Source of the DNA: Selaginella moellendorffii
Lineage: Eukaryota; Plantae; Lycopodiophyta
DNA: 64,000 bases
Direction of reading: 5' to 3'
Assembly (NCBI RefSeq): GCF_000143415.4
Contig: NW_003314298.1
Location: 1,641,931-1,705,930, forward strand
The notes under the pieces were generated by a model. That model did no database searches and was not told where the DNA came from. It worked only from the letters and a program-made list of their open reading frames with translations. The position numbers and the translations under genes were made by a program. This document shows, one piece after another, positions 1 to 11,658 of this stretch. The first letter of the stretch is position 1; each line of letters opens with the position of its first letter.

Positions 1-2
1 GG

Positions 3-197
3 TACTACTCCCTGCTCAAGCGAATCGGGGAGCTCTTTCCCGGGCCTTCGAAAGCTACCAGAGCTTACTTGCATGCCGAGGAGGACGTCGAGGCCGCCTT
101 GAGAGCGGCTGGCTGGATCGTTCGTAACCGAGACATGACTGCCACCAGGTTCTACTTCTCGAGATTGTTGGAGGCGGTTCCTGTAGGATCTGCTTGA
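3..197 (+). CDS. CHLM: Mg-protoporphyrin IX methyltransferase, 3' end (partial, not in ORF track)
   Basis: Frame from nt 3 reads YYSLLKRIGELFPGPSKATRAYLHAEEDVEAALRAAGW...TRFYFSRLLEAVP, stop TGA 195-197. RIGELFPGPSKATRAYLH is the plant ChlM C-terminal signature. Confidence 0.93.
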   Translation, partial: YYSLLKRIGELFPGPSKATRAYLHAEEDVEAALRAAGWIVRNRDMTATRFYFSRLLEAVPVGSA

Positions 198-306
198 ATG
201 AATCTCACACTTGCAAGCGATTAGACTGAAGAGAAGTACAAACTTACTCGGAGACGAAGTAGAAAGAAGAGAAAAAAAACATTATTTTTCAGATATGAAC
301 ATAAGA

Positions 307-1682
307 TCACTCAACTTTCTTTGCGTCCTCGCATTTCAATGCTTTCAATTTACGGTACCCCTTGTCAGTCCCGAATATCCTGCAAAAACTCGGTCAGCCA
401 CGCCACCAAGAAGAATGCTACAGCTTACCAATCCATGTACGTGAAAGTCGATGCGTAGTTTCCGGATTTCGTGAAAAGCAGCCGATGATGATAATCGTGA
501 AAGTCCGCTCTACGAGAAGATATAGGTATATCATTGACCATTCCGAAAAGAAGTGAACAAAAACAAAAGCTAGACCCGACATACCCTCCGTAGATTGGAA
601 GAAATCTCGAAAGGCTCCACGGGAAGTCATAGCCGCAGTGAGCTTCAACCGTCTCGAGTACTCTTACGCTCATCCACAACCACAGCGTTATCAAATGCGG
701 TCCCGTAATAGCGGGGCCAAAAATCGTCGCAAAACCGAGAAAGAGAATTTCTGCTGGATGAGCATACTCCGATGTCAAACCAAAGGGAGTGGCATATCTG
801 TAAGCCCAGAAATGTACCATTGTCATGCCTGAAAGACGAGAAACAAGGTCACTCACTCGTGATGAACGCTGTGAACGTGCTTATAAAGCCATTTCGTGTG
901 CAGGACCCGATGGCCCCAGTAGAAGATGAAGTCTTCGAGAATGAAGTACGAAACAATTTGGAAAAGAACGGTCTTCCTGCAAAACCAGCGTCCATCAAAC
1001 CAGACTCGTCAACGAAACAAAACGTGGCTTACCATGAAGGAAAGGGCAATGTACTTCTGAAGCCCATGTATTTGAACGCTGGATAGGAAACAACCATGAG
1101 CGGCAGATTGACGCAGGTGTGGTACAACAACAAACGCAAGATGCACTTCTCCTGCGCTGCCGGTGTGTTCATCTTGCCCTGCTCGCTATCGTTAGAACAA
1201 GCTCTCATCGAAAAAGAAAGGAAAACAAAGAGAAAGAGTCCTCGTACCTGGATCTTATACTTCGTCATCCCCCACTTCTCCATCATAAGGTAGGGAATCC
1301 CGGACAGGAAAAAAACACTCTCATGAATGATAAAGCTGCCCAGTGATGCTAGCTGAAAATCACTGAAGTTGTTGATCAAGTACTGCAAAAAAGTACGATA
1401 CAAAGCGAAAGATAAATAGCCGGAAGAACACAACTCTCAAAAAACCAAGACAAAAAAAAGAAGAGAAGATGTTCACGAGCAACAATCAAGTCAGCTGTGC
1501 AAGCATCGCGACTTGAAACGAAATCTCGCGAGTAATTCAATGTGCTGTGCCTCGGAACTGGATGCGCGGCATTAGAGGCAGCATGCATCTCGATTGTGAA
1601 ATGAGGCACAGAGAAACGCGAAATATCTCCACAACAAGCAAGACCGACATACCAGCCACGCCGTTTCCAGCGCCGAAGCCAT
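307..1682 (-). CDS. SMO2: Sterol 4-alpha-methyl oxidase (SMO2-type), multi-exon
   Basis: Spliced: MASALETAWL|YLINNFSDFQLASLGSF...YATPFGLTSEYAHPAEILFLG...ETVEAHCGYDFPWS...DFHDYHHRLLFTKSGNYASTFTYMDW|IFGTDKGYRKLK. His boxes and GT-AG introns present. Confidence 0.92.
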
Positions 1683-1935
1683 TCCTCCTCCGCCTCTCCA
1701 GCCCTCGGCCCTAATCTCCTCGCGCCTCGCTCGCCAGATCTTTCCTGCATTACACCATCACGATTCAGCGCATCCGCCAGTGCCAGTCGATTGAATCTAC
1801 ATTGGCGCAGCGGGGAGGAGCACGCTCGTCGCCGCTCTCGCCGCTCTCGCCGCTCAAAGCTTCCTCTAAACCCTAAGAAATAAAAGGTAAAACATAAATT
1901 ATAACGGTCCTTTACACTGTTAGTTTAAAAAGCTT

Positions 1936-4190
1936 TCACGTGTGGAGATCAAGGATCAAACACCCGGGATTTACTTCCGACCATTTCAGTCCCTTTCGAT
2001 TCATGTAAGCGATTATCTGGAACAAAAAAAAAAACCGAGTAGAACATCTTTGCGATCAACTGGAAACAAGCAAACAAAAACTCACAGCTGGCTTTAACTT
2101 TGGCTTCCCATTTGCTGCGTGATTGCCACTGCCAGTGATCACAGTGAGCGTGTGCACAGCTGTGGAGAAAGCAAGAACACACGACTATCAGCTCCAGATC
2201 AAACACGAGGATTGGAGGAAAAAGGACAAAAAGAAGATCTAGCTTACAAGTTATGGCTTGGAGAGCGTCCAAGTGGAGCTTAAACAAGCGAAGTGCTTCG
2301 TCTACGTGTTGCGCGTGTAAATCAATCGTTATGTTGTTGTTATAGCCATTGTTCCTGCATGGGTTTGGACCATTTAGTCGAGAGAAACTCGGAAGACTAG
2401 AGAGTGGATTACTTGGTACGAAAAATTCGTTTGCTTTCTCTGTCTCTCGCCTGCAAAGCCAGCTGCCTGTACTTCCGACCCTGCAAAAGTGTGTAATAGA
2501 GAAAACAGTAAACGGAAAACCAGAAAATGAAAACAAAGGAAAAACGCTTGAGATGTTTTCTCAAAAACTTGGTTACCTTCTCCGAGAGATGACTTGCTAG
2601 GCTCCGGTGACCGCTTGAATAAGCTGCTGTAGCCTGGAAAACAAAGGTGATCCTATGCCATTTGCACAAGCATTGCATGAGACAGACCTTTAAGAAGCAA
2701 TCCTTCATTATCGACCAGTATTCGACTGCGCTTGCGTGCTCAGGCTCCAAGTTGTCCCGTCCATCTTCGATTAATCAGTGTGTCAGTCCTCTCACAAAAC
2801 ACAACGAGGCGTACCCTTTGAAATTTTGTCATCGATCTTCGACGGCCTTCTTGGTGCCTTGGGCTTGACTTTAACTTCTGTCCAATCGGATTCTTTCTCG
2901 ATCCGTGGATCGGGAGGCTTGAAAACTTTTTTGAGGAACTCTTGAGCGACCTCTTTCATTGGCGTCAGGCCCGCCTCGGACAGATAGTTCATTGCCGCGC
3001 TGCATAATACATTTTGTTTTTTTCTTGCAACAGTTCTTCACATACAAGTACCTGAAATCATTCTCCGTTGTTTTTAAGACCTCTTCGAGTGTCCTCGGGT
3101 CAACACTCGGGAAAGAGGATTTTAGTTTTTCTAAAACCTCCTGCCGAAAAGAAAATGTAATGACAACATTAAGAACAAAAAATGCCAATACCGAGCATAA
3201 AACTTCAGTCGCAAGCACTTGGTAAGACGACTCCTTTCCTTTCGTGAGCTGGTTTACATCGAGCAACTTGTTTGTGGCCAATTCCAATTGACTTCCGTGC
3301 TCCTGGAGAAAAACATTAGGTCCGTGACCAACAACAAACTTCACAAAAAAAACCTTGTAAATTCTTTCAACGTCCTCCGGATACTTGTCAGGAAAGGCTT
3401 CCCAGAGAGCAAGAACATCGTTTCGTTCTTCCACCTCCCGCTCGTTGGCGGTAGCCTCGCTCGACATAATCGCCAGTAGAGAATCCAGACTCTGCCAGTA
3501 ACTGTAACACGTAAATGCAAGAATAAATCATGCAAACGCAGGCATACAAAAGCGAGAAGAACTAAACAATCATATGAATTTTAGTCACGTACTCTCTGTG
3601 GATCGCCCTCACACTCGTCTGGAACAAGACAAGAAAGAATTAAAATAAAATCTAGCAGTAACAGAAAAATAATCGTACTTACATATAACATCGCGAACAA
3701 CGTCCATTCCAAGGTCGCCACTTAGCATAGAAAGAAGAAATTCTTCAAGCTCTTTGTTGTCGTTCTTTGGAACTTCTTCTTCCTTTGGCGAGAGCTCTTC
3801 AAGCCCATTCATCATCTTCTTCTTCTGATGCCTTCTCTTGCGTTTCTTTCCAGTGTCGGAGCAAGCTCGGACACTGGAAACGGTGCCCGAGCGGGCCACA
3901 GTAGTCCATTTCCTGGAACGAGACCTTCCTAGCAAATTTCTAGGAGAACCTTCGTGATCGTCGTCGCAAACCTGGCCCGAGCTCAAAACCTCGTCGCATT
4001 TCCCGTGAGCTACTGGAGATGCCCCATTTCCTTCGCTGCTACCTGAGATTTGCTGCTCCAGCGCCCCCGCGGCGGCATTCACGCTTCCATCCGCGGCATT
4101 GTACGCCGCGACGATCGATTTGAGCGACAGCTGAGGGAACGCCTCTCGCAGAAGGCGCAGCTCCAAAAATTCGTCCTCGATCACCGCCAT
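1936..4190 (-). CDS. Smr-domain protein with CUE-like repeats and DUF1771-like segment
   Basis: C-terminal TIDLHAQHVDEAL and VITGSGNH Smr motifs; final exon IIAYMNRKGLKWSEVNPGCLIL. Three L..xFP CUE-like helical repeats (LREAFPQ, LWEAFPD, LKSSFPS). Confidence 0.82.
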
Positions 4191-4195
4191 GGCAA

Positions 4196-4204
4196 AAACC
4201 CTAA
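4196..4204. promoter_or_regulatory. Telo-box (AAACCCTAA) just upstream of the Smr gene ATG; others at 1868-1876 and 5928-5936
   Basis: Exact AAACCCTAA/TTAGGGTTT matches near gene starts. Confidence 0.55.
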
Positions 4205-4247
4205 CGCGGAATCTTTCAAGTGGCCGTCCATTTCTATACAGTATCTC

Positions 4248-5837
4248 TCAAAAAACGCCCTCCTCTTTCATCTTTGCGTTGCCGGTCGGGCCCGAGGGAA
4301 AGTAGTCGAATCTTTCGAAGCTCCCTGGTGGGGACGAAGATGGCGACGCTATTCTCGAGCGAGCTTTGCCTTGGATCGTGGCTGGGCTCAAGGAGCCTTC
4401 GACTGGAAGCAAAAAACTTGTAAGAGTTTAAACTCTAAAGTCGTAGCGAAGCGAAAGAAGAAAGAGTTCTCGAGAGCTTACTTTGCCACTCCCAGACGAT
4501 CCGTGACTCGCCCCTGACGAGCTTTGGATGCTGGTCAATCCGTGAATCCTCGAGGACCAGGCGCTCCACCTGCGAGCGAAGTTTGATAAGAGAGATGGTC
4601 TTTATTTTTTTCGTTTTGTCTACCTCGAGCCACAACGCACGGTTCCTTCTCTCGCTTGGCCGGAGGAGATGGTCACGGAGCCGAGAAGCTACAATCCAAC
4701 GTTCGTTTCCCGGACTGCTGCCAAGCTGCGTTGCTTTTGCCTCCAATGCTTCGCAAACCTGGTAAGACTTGTAGATTGGAAACAACTACGGGGAAAAAGT
4801 TCAGTGACCTGTGCATAGAGCTCTTCCGCTCGGTTTAGTCTCGATTTGTATCGCCAATACTTGATGACAAAGGAAGCCGATACGTAAAGCTAGAAACGAG
4901 AACGGATGTCTTGAGGAGGTCTTATAAAAAAGCGTAGACAATACCACTGGAATCGTCATTAGCAGCTTCAAAAAGTTCTTAAACAACCATTCTCGAAGTC
5001 TGCATCCAAATGGCTTGTAGGCATCCACAAGATCAGCTGGACAGCAGAAAACACGCACGCTGCAAAATTACAAGGATTTGAGAATTAAACTCTCTTGACA
5101 ATGATCACGCACTTACTGACCCGCGAATCTTCGTCTCCAGCCAATGCGAGGCAATTCCAATGGCTTTTTCCTGAACCAGCCACAGCGTCGGACCTTGCAG
5201 CTTCGATGTTACCGGTTTCATAGCATCTAGAATTTCATCTTCCGAGAGCTGCAAGAGAAAAGAGATGAAAGAAAAAGCCATGGAAGAACGAATGCGAGGA
5301 GCAAACAAGCTAAAAATCACGAAGAACATACCCATACAGTTGTTCCTCCATCACAGACTGATTGTCCATTGATGGTACAAATATGATCCTTCATCAGCCC
5401 AGCCTGGCTCGAAAGAAAAAGAGGAAACTTTACTTGCAAAGGAAAAGAGCAAGAGAACTTACGAGCGTTTCAGCGCTCTTCTCGATCAAGCTATCCTCCA
5501 CGCAATGCTTCCCACGCCGCCTAAATCCCGTGAGACATTCCAGCTGCCCGTACTTGCAAATCCCATGCTCGGGACACGGGATGCAATTCTCTGCGCAAAT
5601 CCGATCATTGAGGATCACATTACTCTCAGCCTTACCGAAAGACCTGCTGTTGGTGTCGCAGAAGGGGAGATACAAGCCGCCGATCCAGCTGGAAATCTTG
5701 AGCGTGGAGACGGCGACAATGGCGGCCACTACCAGAATCGCGATTAGCTGCCATGCCTGCTCCGCCGATGGCAGCGATCGCTCGTCCAAAGGCTGTGGAA
5801 CCCTAGCTCTCCTCTTGGCGGGAGATTTCGACGCCAT
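4248..5837 (-). CDS. Inner nuclear membrane protein, MAN1/Src1 (MSC domain) type
   Basis: Two TM segments flank a luminal CIPCPEHGIC...LEC...C motif; C-terminal WIVASRLRDHLL and VLEDSRIDQHPKLVRGESRIVWEWQ. Confidence 0.82.
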
Positions 5838-5989
5838 GAAAGAAAAGCCCTAAACTTCATCAAAAGAACTTTGAGTCCGCATTAAAAATAAAGGCTAGAC
5901 CGCATTCGGCTTTATAAATATTAGGGCTTAGGGTTTTGTTGGCCAATTTTAGGGTAACTACGTTGATTTGGTTTCCGGCACTAGTGGCG

Positions 5990-6831
5990 ATGGGCAGAGA
6001 CCGTGGCAAAAATTGCGCCCAAAGAAAGGAGATTGAGCATGCACTTACTGAGACGAAGTTGCAAAAACAACGACGAGATGAGGAATTATCGAAAATCGCT
6101 CATATCATTCTTGTTGTTCTAAGGTAATGACGACGCAAATTTGTTCAGAGGGCCTCTTTTCATAATGTTCCTTCTTGTAGAGACTATGAGCGTCCTAGAC
6201 AGTTTGAGTATTCGAAACAAGCTTATGCCTTGAAAGCAATATGGAATTATCTTTCCGATGATTGTGAGATCAGCCAGGAAATACAGGACGGTTTGTTCCT
6301 CCTATTCCAGAAGCTGCGTTTCCCCGAAGGCCAACAGAAGATCGACATGGAATTGGATAAGAAATCTCTGAAAGTAGCAACATCTGAGGCTTCAGCAAAG
6401 GTGATGCCATTTTCTTGGGACCAAAGCTCACATTATTATGCAGGTCTTCTGTAACATCCTTATGGATGGGTGGAGCTTATTCAGGCAAAAATTCGAGCAC
6501 AAGCCTCTAGTGGTCTACCAAGCTGGAAAAAAGGTCCTGAACACATGGACTAATCTGGAATTCACCAAGGGAATCCAGGCTATGAAACAGGATCTTCTGT
6601 GGAAGGTGTATTTGAGTATATGGTATCTACGTGTCATGTATGATTTAATCATTTATTTACTTGCAGAGAATTGTAGAACACGTAGAAAGCTCACGAGCAG
6701 CTGCTTCAAACAATGATCCAGGGGCTAATCTGTGTCTTCCTTTTGATGATCAGAGTCTTAGATGTTGTATTTCGGGGAGAAGAAAGCTTAACATCTTAAT
6801 GACAGTCACTGGGCTGTTCTATGACAGGTAG
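5990..6831 (+). CDS. Hypothetical spliced protein (~225 aa), no recognised family
   Basis: ATG 5990 after a telo-box. Plausible GT-AG introns 6124-6180, 6401-6443 and 6606-6666 keep the frame open to TAG 6829-6831. The 3' exon structure is uncertain. Confidence 0.42.
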
Positions 6832-7025
6832 AAAGCTGATAGCTTTTGTAATTTCAACTTCCTAACACAAGCAATGTCTCGCAGTATAGGTTGGAGGTAA
6901 ACCATCAGCAGCAAATTATCTTTGCATTTGAACCTTATGATAATCAAGCTCACAAACAATATTTACTTAGTGTTTCAATTTATAGATTATAAACAGCTAA
7001 TGATCTTAAACATGCAAACATTTAA

Positions 7026-8624
7026 TCAAGAACATTCCTCCTCACAGATTCTTTCACGCTCGATCATATTGCTTGATGGCTTTAGAATTACGTGACGCAT
7101 GAGCGGACGATTAGTGAGTGATAAGTAGGGTAGGTCCTGTAAGTCAACAGGTAATTTATCGACTACAAGGCGCACACAAGCCTCACCTTGTCCGAGATGC
7201 TCATGGAAGCCATTTTATGACTTGCAAGCATTTCTTTCACCAAACATACGAGCCGTTCTTTTACTGCACCTGTATACATTTTCCCACCGCCATAATCCTG
7301 CAACCAAATTGGTTACTTGTGTGTGGCATCAAACATGGAAGCTCTTACCCCTTTGATATTTGCCCACTCGCTATCGCTCTCCAGGAAGTAACTCAGATAC
7401 TTGTAAGAAACATCAACCTGGAACAGAAAAGCTTGCAGCCGAGTCCAAAAGTTCAATCACAATCACCTCCAAATTGGCCCCATGTTTCTCATGCTCCTCT
7501 TTCGTGCTCCCTCCGCCACTAAAGGCATGCTTGCGTATCTATGAGGAAGACGGACAACTATCAACCTTGACAGGAGCAAGAGAAATACCTTCATTTCAAT
7601 CATAGGTGGATCGTCCGACAGAAACAACAATTGGCAGTTGCTGTTGAAAGTCTGCGCATTGCCTAGTTCGCCCTGCCACATTACTTATATGAGAACAGAT
7701 TGCCAAACTTTTTGTTTCACCTGTAGCATCGGGAGAGGTTTGAGTTGGACAACCGCTGGCTCTGGTAAATTAGCACGTTCAAAAGCAGCTTTGGGAAATC
7801 TATCCTGCAGAATTCAGGTTTTAAATCAAGGCACTCGAACGTCCGTCCGTAGCTTACTACCTGGCCAATTCTGAGACACTTCGTAAATGTCTCGCCGAGC
7901 AGAGTCTGGGGAAGGCGACAGAAAACGGCCTGCCGGAAATTTTCGTCAAGAGCCAAAAAGAATCACGAAAGAGAGAACCTCAACAAGTTCCTGCTGAAGA
8001 GCTGCCAGGTCCGTCTTCGCTCCACGTACAGCCTGAATATTTTTTCCATACAAAGCTTAGAAGTCCCCTTTCAAAGCCAGTATACCTCATTTATCAGCAT
8101 GTACTTTGAAACATCGACAACACTCCTGTAGATTCTGAGAGGGTAAAGATATGAGAGGGTAAAGTTCAGCTGACAAAAGCACTGTTTTTACCTGCTTGAA
8201 ATGGAGCGAGGAGTGAGAATTAAAGTGCGCGACTTGTCCAAGCCGCAGGCCAAAACACTCCTGGCCTGTGCATCAAAACACGCCTTTCTCTTGGCTGGAG
8301 TGATACCAAGCTTTGAATCCGTGCAGGAAAGGATAATGACAACAGGTGCCGCAGTAGCGGTTTGCACATCCCTAGGCAAGGAAAACATAAACAGTTTGCA
8401 AGAAATCCTGGGATGTGCTTACTTTACAAACTGAAGAGAAGCCAAATGACGCAGATCTAATTGTTCCGACACATCAAAGGTCCCCGCAAACAGATAAAAT
8501 CTCTCCTTTCCTTCCAAGAGCTCCGCCAACACACTGCAACACAAGGATGAGCGCCGGAACACAGCCGGCTGCATACAAACCTGCTGTTTTCCAGGAGACC
8601 ACGAGTGAGATACCGTGCCGCCAT
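7026..8624 (-). CDS. Cytosolic tryptophanyl-tRNA synthetase-like protein with degenerate catalytic motifs (pseudoenzyme)
   Basis: About 12 short exons reconstructed: MAARYLTRGLL..|FYLFAGTFDVSEQLDLRH..|APVVIIL..ARSVLACGLDKSRTLI|...|GELGNAQTF..|IRKHAFSGGGSTKEEHEKHGANLE|VDVSYKYLSYFLESDSE|DYGGGKMYTGAVKERL. These match eukaryotic TrpRS in order. Confidence 0.8.
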
Positions 8625-8640
8625 GCCTCAAAAACCCTAC

Positions 8641-8690
8641 TAAAGCCCTTAAATAAATGTTTGAATGCCCAGTTTCCTTTAAGGGCTTTA
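8641..8690. repeat. Perfect 13-bp inverted repeat in the divergent promoter between TrpRS-like and NCS1
   Basis: TAAAGCCCTTAAA (8641-8653) and TTTAAGGGCTTTA (8678-8690). Confidence 0.7.
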
Positions 8691-8798
8691 AGGGATTCTT
8701 GATGGGGAATTATTCCATGGAATGGCATGTAAAGTGGCAAAACTCATTGAGACTTTTTTTATTTTGGTTCACTGAAAATCGTGGACGCCACGACCTCC

Positions 8799-10554
8799 AT
8801 GAATGCAGCTTCAAGGATACTTGGAGCTATTGCGCCTCTAGCAGCGGCGCCATTCAGCTCCTCGCGGCAACAAGGTACTACACATTTCCGAAGATCCCAC
8901 ACCATGGAGCTGCATGAGGAGCGCGAGCTCCATCGCAATCTCCTCCGCATGCCACACAGGCCTGCATTCACAGCATCGCACTGCTTCTTGGAGCCGATCT
9001 GTGCCACTCTTCCCTCAAATCCAGATCCCTCGCTCGCAAGCCAGGACTTGGCGCCAGTGTGCAAAGAGGGAAGGCTCTTATCTTCATGGGATATGACATT
9101 CTTGTGGCTGGGCTTGGTCGTGGGAGTTCCAAATTACTATCTCGCTGGAAGCTTGGTGGAGCTCGGGATGGCTTGGTGGCAAGGAATTGGCACAGTCTTG
9201 CTTGCGAATGTGATCACGTACTGCATTCTCGTCTTAGCTGCGCATCCAGGGACCAAGTATGGGATTTCCTTCCCGGTTTTGTTGCGAGCTTCTTTCGGAG
9301 TGTTTGGAGCCAACGTCCCGGCTTTGCTGCGAGGCTTTGTGGCTTGCGGGTGGTACGGGATTGAGACTTGGATAGGTGGTGAGGCGATTTTCAGGATTGT
9401 GGACGTGATGTTGGGGAAGAACAGGTTCTCCAACTTGGCCGAGAGCTTGCCTTTGCTTGGGACTTCTGTTCCCGAGCTTGGGTGTTTTCTCCTCTTTTGG
9501 CTGCTGCAGCTGTGGATCGTGTGGAATGGGATCGAGAGCATTAAGAAGCTGGAGAAGTATAGCGCTCCGGTGCTTATCGTGCTCACGGTGGCCTTGCTTG
9601 TTTGGGCCGTCGTCGCTGCTGGGGGATTTGGAGCAATGCTTGCTGCTTCTTCGGCATTTGGACGTGGTGGTCGCAAGGAAGGCAAGTTCTGGCAAGTTTT
9701 CTTGCCTTCGCTTACAGCAAACATTGGAACGTGGTCGACTTTGAGCTTGAATATCCCAGGTATGGTTCCACCTTTCTTTTCTTTCTCCTCGCATGGTTGC
9801 ATCTCATTTCTTTTTTCTTCTTGCAGATTTTAGCCGGTACACTTATTCGCAGGCTGATCAAATCCTTGGCCAGGCAAGCCTGCCTCTTTTCATGGCCGCC
9901 TTCTCTTTCGTCGGCCTGGCAGTGACATCGGCTTCGGAAGTCATATTCGGACACGCCATATCCAACCCCATCGAGCTCCTTTCACGGATACGAGGTGGCT
10001 TTCTCGTTGCTGTGGTTTCACTCATTGGACTCAGCCTGGCCACTCTCACCACCAACATCGCAGCCAACGTCGTGGCACCGGCAAACGCACTCGTCAACCT
10101 CGATCCAAAGCGCTTCACCTACAGAAGCAGCGGACTCGTTGTGGCAGTCATAAGCGTGTGCTTCCTTCCGTGGAAGCTCCTCCAGACCAGCGAAAGTTTC
10201 ATATACGCTTGGCTAGTCGGCTACTCGGCACTTCTCGGCCCAATCGGAGGTATACTTCTTGCTGATTACTACATTCTCAGGCAACGAAAGTTGGATATTG
10301 ACTCCCTCTATTCCTCGAGCAACACAGGAAAGTACTGGTACTCCAAAGGTGTGAATCCCGCGGCAATGGTTGCTCTTACGGCTGGAATTCTACCCTGCAT
10401 TCCAGGCTTCCTGAGCACCGTCGGCCTACTGAAGCTCAAGATTCCAAGGGTTTTGCTAGCTCTGTATGATGGTGCATGGTTTGTGGGGTTCTTCGTGGCT
10501 GGACTCGTATACTTGACGCTTTCGTGCTTTCCCCGAGTGGAGAGAGGCGTGTAA
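8799..10554 (+). CDS. NCS1: Nucleobase:cation symporter-1 (plastid purine/uracil permease), one intron ~9760-9826
   Basis: Transit-like N-terminus; [47 protein letters not shown]|[25 protein letters not shown]. Confidence 0.92.
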
Positions 10555-10896
10555 GCATATCAACCTCTGTATAGTTGTCAAAACGAGGGAGCTGCGGAGT
10601 AACTTCACAGTGTTGCTTAATGACGCAACTCTATGCTCTCGAGAGCTAGATTTAAAACTTAGGCTTTGTACAATGCAGAATTGTAAAATGGTTTTTTGCA
10701 AGAGAAGTGCCTCGCTCTATAGGACATCTTACCTCAAAGCACTTAGCCCCACTTTTCGCTTTGGAGCCCATATGTCAACAAGCTATATGTAACTTTGGAT
10801 GGGATTGGATTGAATTTGATTGCCAGAAGGGGCAAACACCACACAAGGTTTCTGTTTTTCGAGTCGCTCCTGAGCTCTTGAGCCAAGTGCTCGGCC

Positions 10897-11246
10897 ATGG
10901 CTGATAAGAGTTATCCTTACGGCTATCCTCCTCAAGGTTTGCTTTGCAGCGAGAATCTTTGGGTGACATTTCGTTGGAAGGTTGTAACTCGTTTGTTATG
11001 TTCAGGTTACTATCCACAGCCACCTCCAGTGGCTCCTCCTCCGCAGTATTATGGCCCTTCTCATAGAGACCAAGGCTTTCTAGAAGGCTGGTAAAAGAAA
11101 ATCATGTTTTTTGCTTGTTGGTCTTCTAGTAACTTTTACAGAGACTAAATTTGCTGGGACAAATTTGCAGCTTGGCTGCCCTTTGCTGCTGCTGGTTACT
11201 GGATGTTTGCTGCTGCTGCGGCCCACACATGCTCATTGGATGCTGA
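10897..11246 (+). CDS. Cysteine-rich transmembrane module (CYSTM) protein, 3 exons
   Basis: MADKSYPYGYPPQ|GYYPQPPPVAPPPQYY..QGFLEG|CLAALCCCWLLDVCCCC..., stop 11244-11246. Confidence 0.88.
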
Positions 11247-11658
11247 TGATTCCCAATAGTATATTTGAAGCTCCACATCTGGAGTTTATATGGAGTTTTA
11301 GTAATTTCTTGGCTATGGTAGCGTTGGATCTTGCTGCGCTGCAAAATCATATACATATGCACCAATTATTTCTTATTTTTCGGTAAATTACGCAGATTTT
11401 CTGTGCAGACTTTGGAACCTATATATGATTGTGCTACTGCTCGAATGTGCTTGGCCCTCTGGAGAGGAAAGCTAAGGTTTTTGCTCCACTCACAACAAAA
11501 CGGTCACAATGGCTGGTCAACGTTTGGTGAACGTTGCGGAATATTCGATCGATGATCATGTAAAGGTAAAAGGTAAAAAACCGTTGACCCGGTACAAACT
11601 TGCGAGAGAAGCTTCAAGCTTGCCCTAAAAGGGTAAAAGGCAGGAAAAATTTTAGAAA

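Noticed and set aside
8474-8740. ORF-track 88-aa ORF as the N-terminus of the TrpRS-like gene
   Set aside because: Wrong frame; the homologous reading starts at ATG 8624 and splices into the FYLFAG exon.
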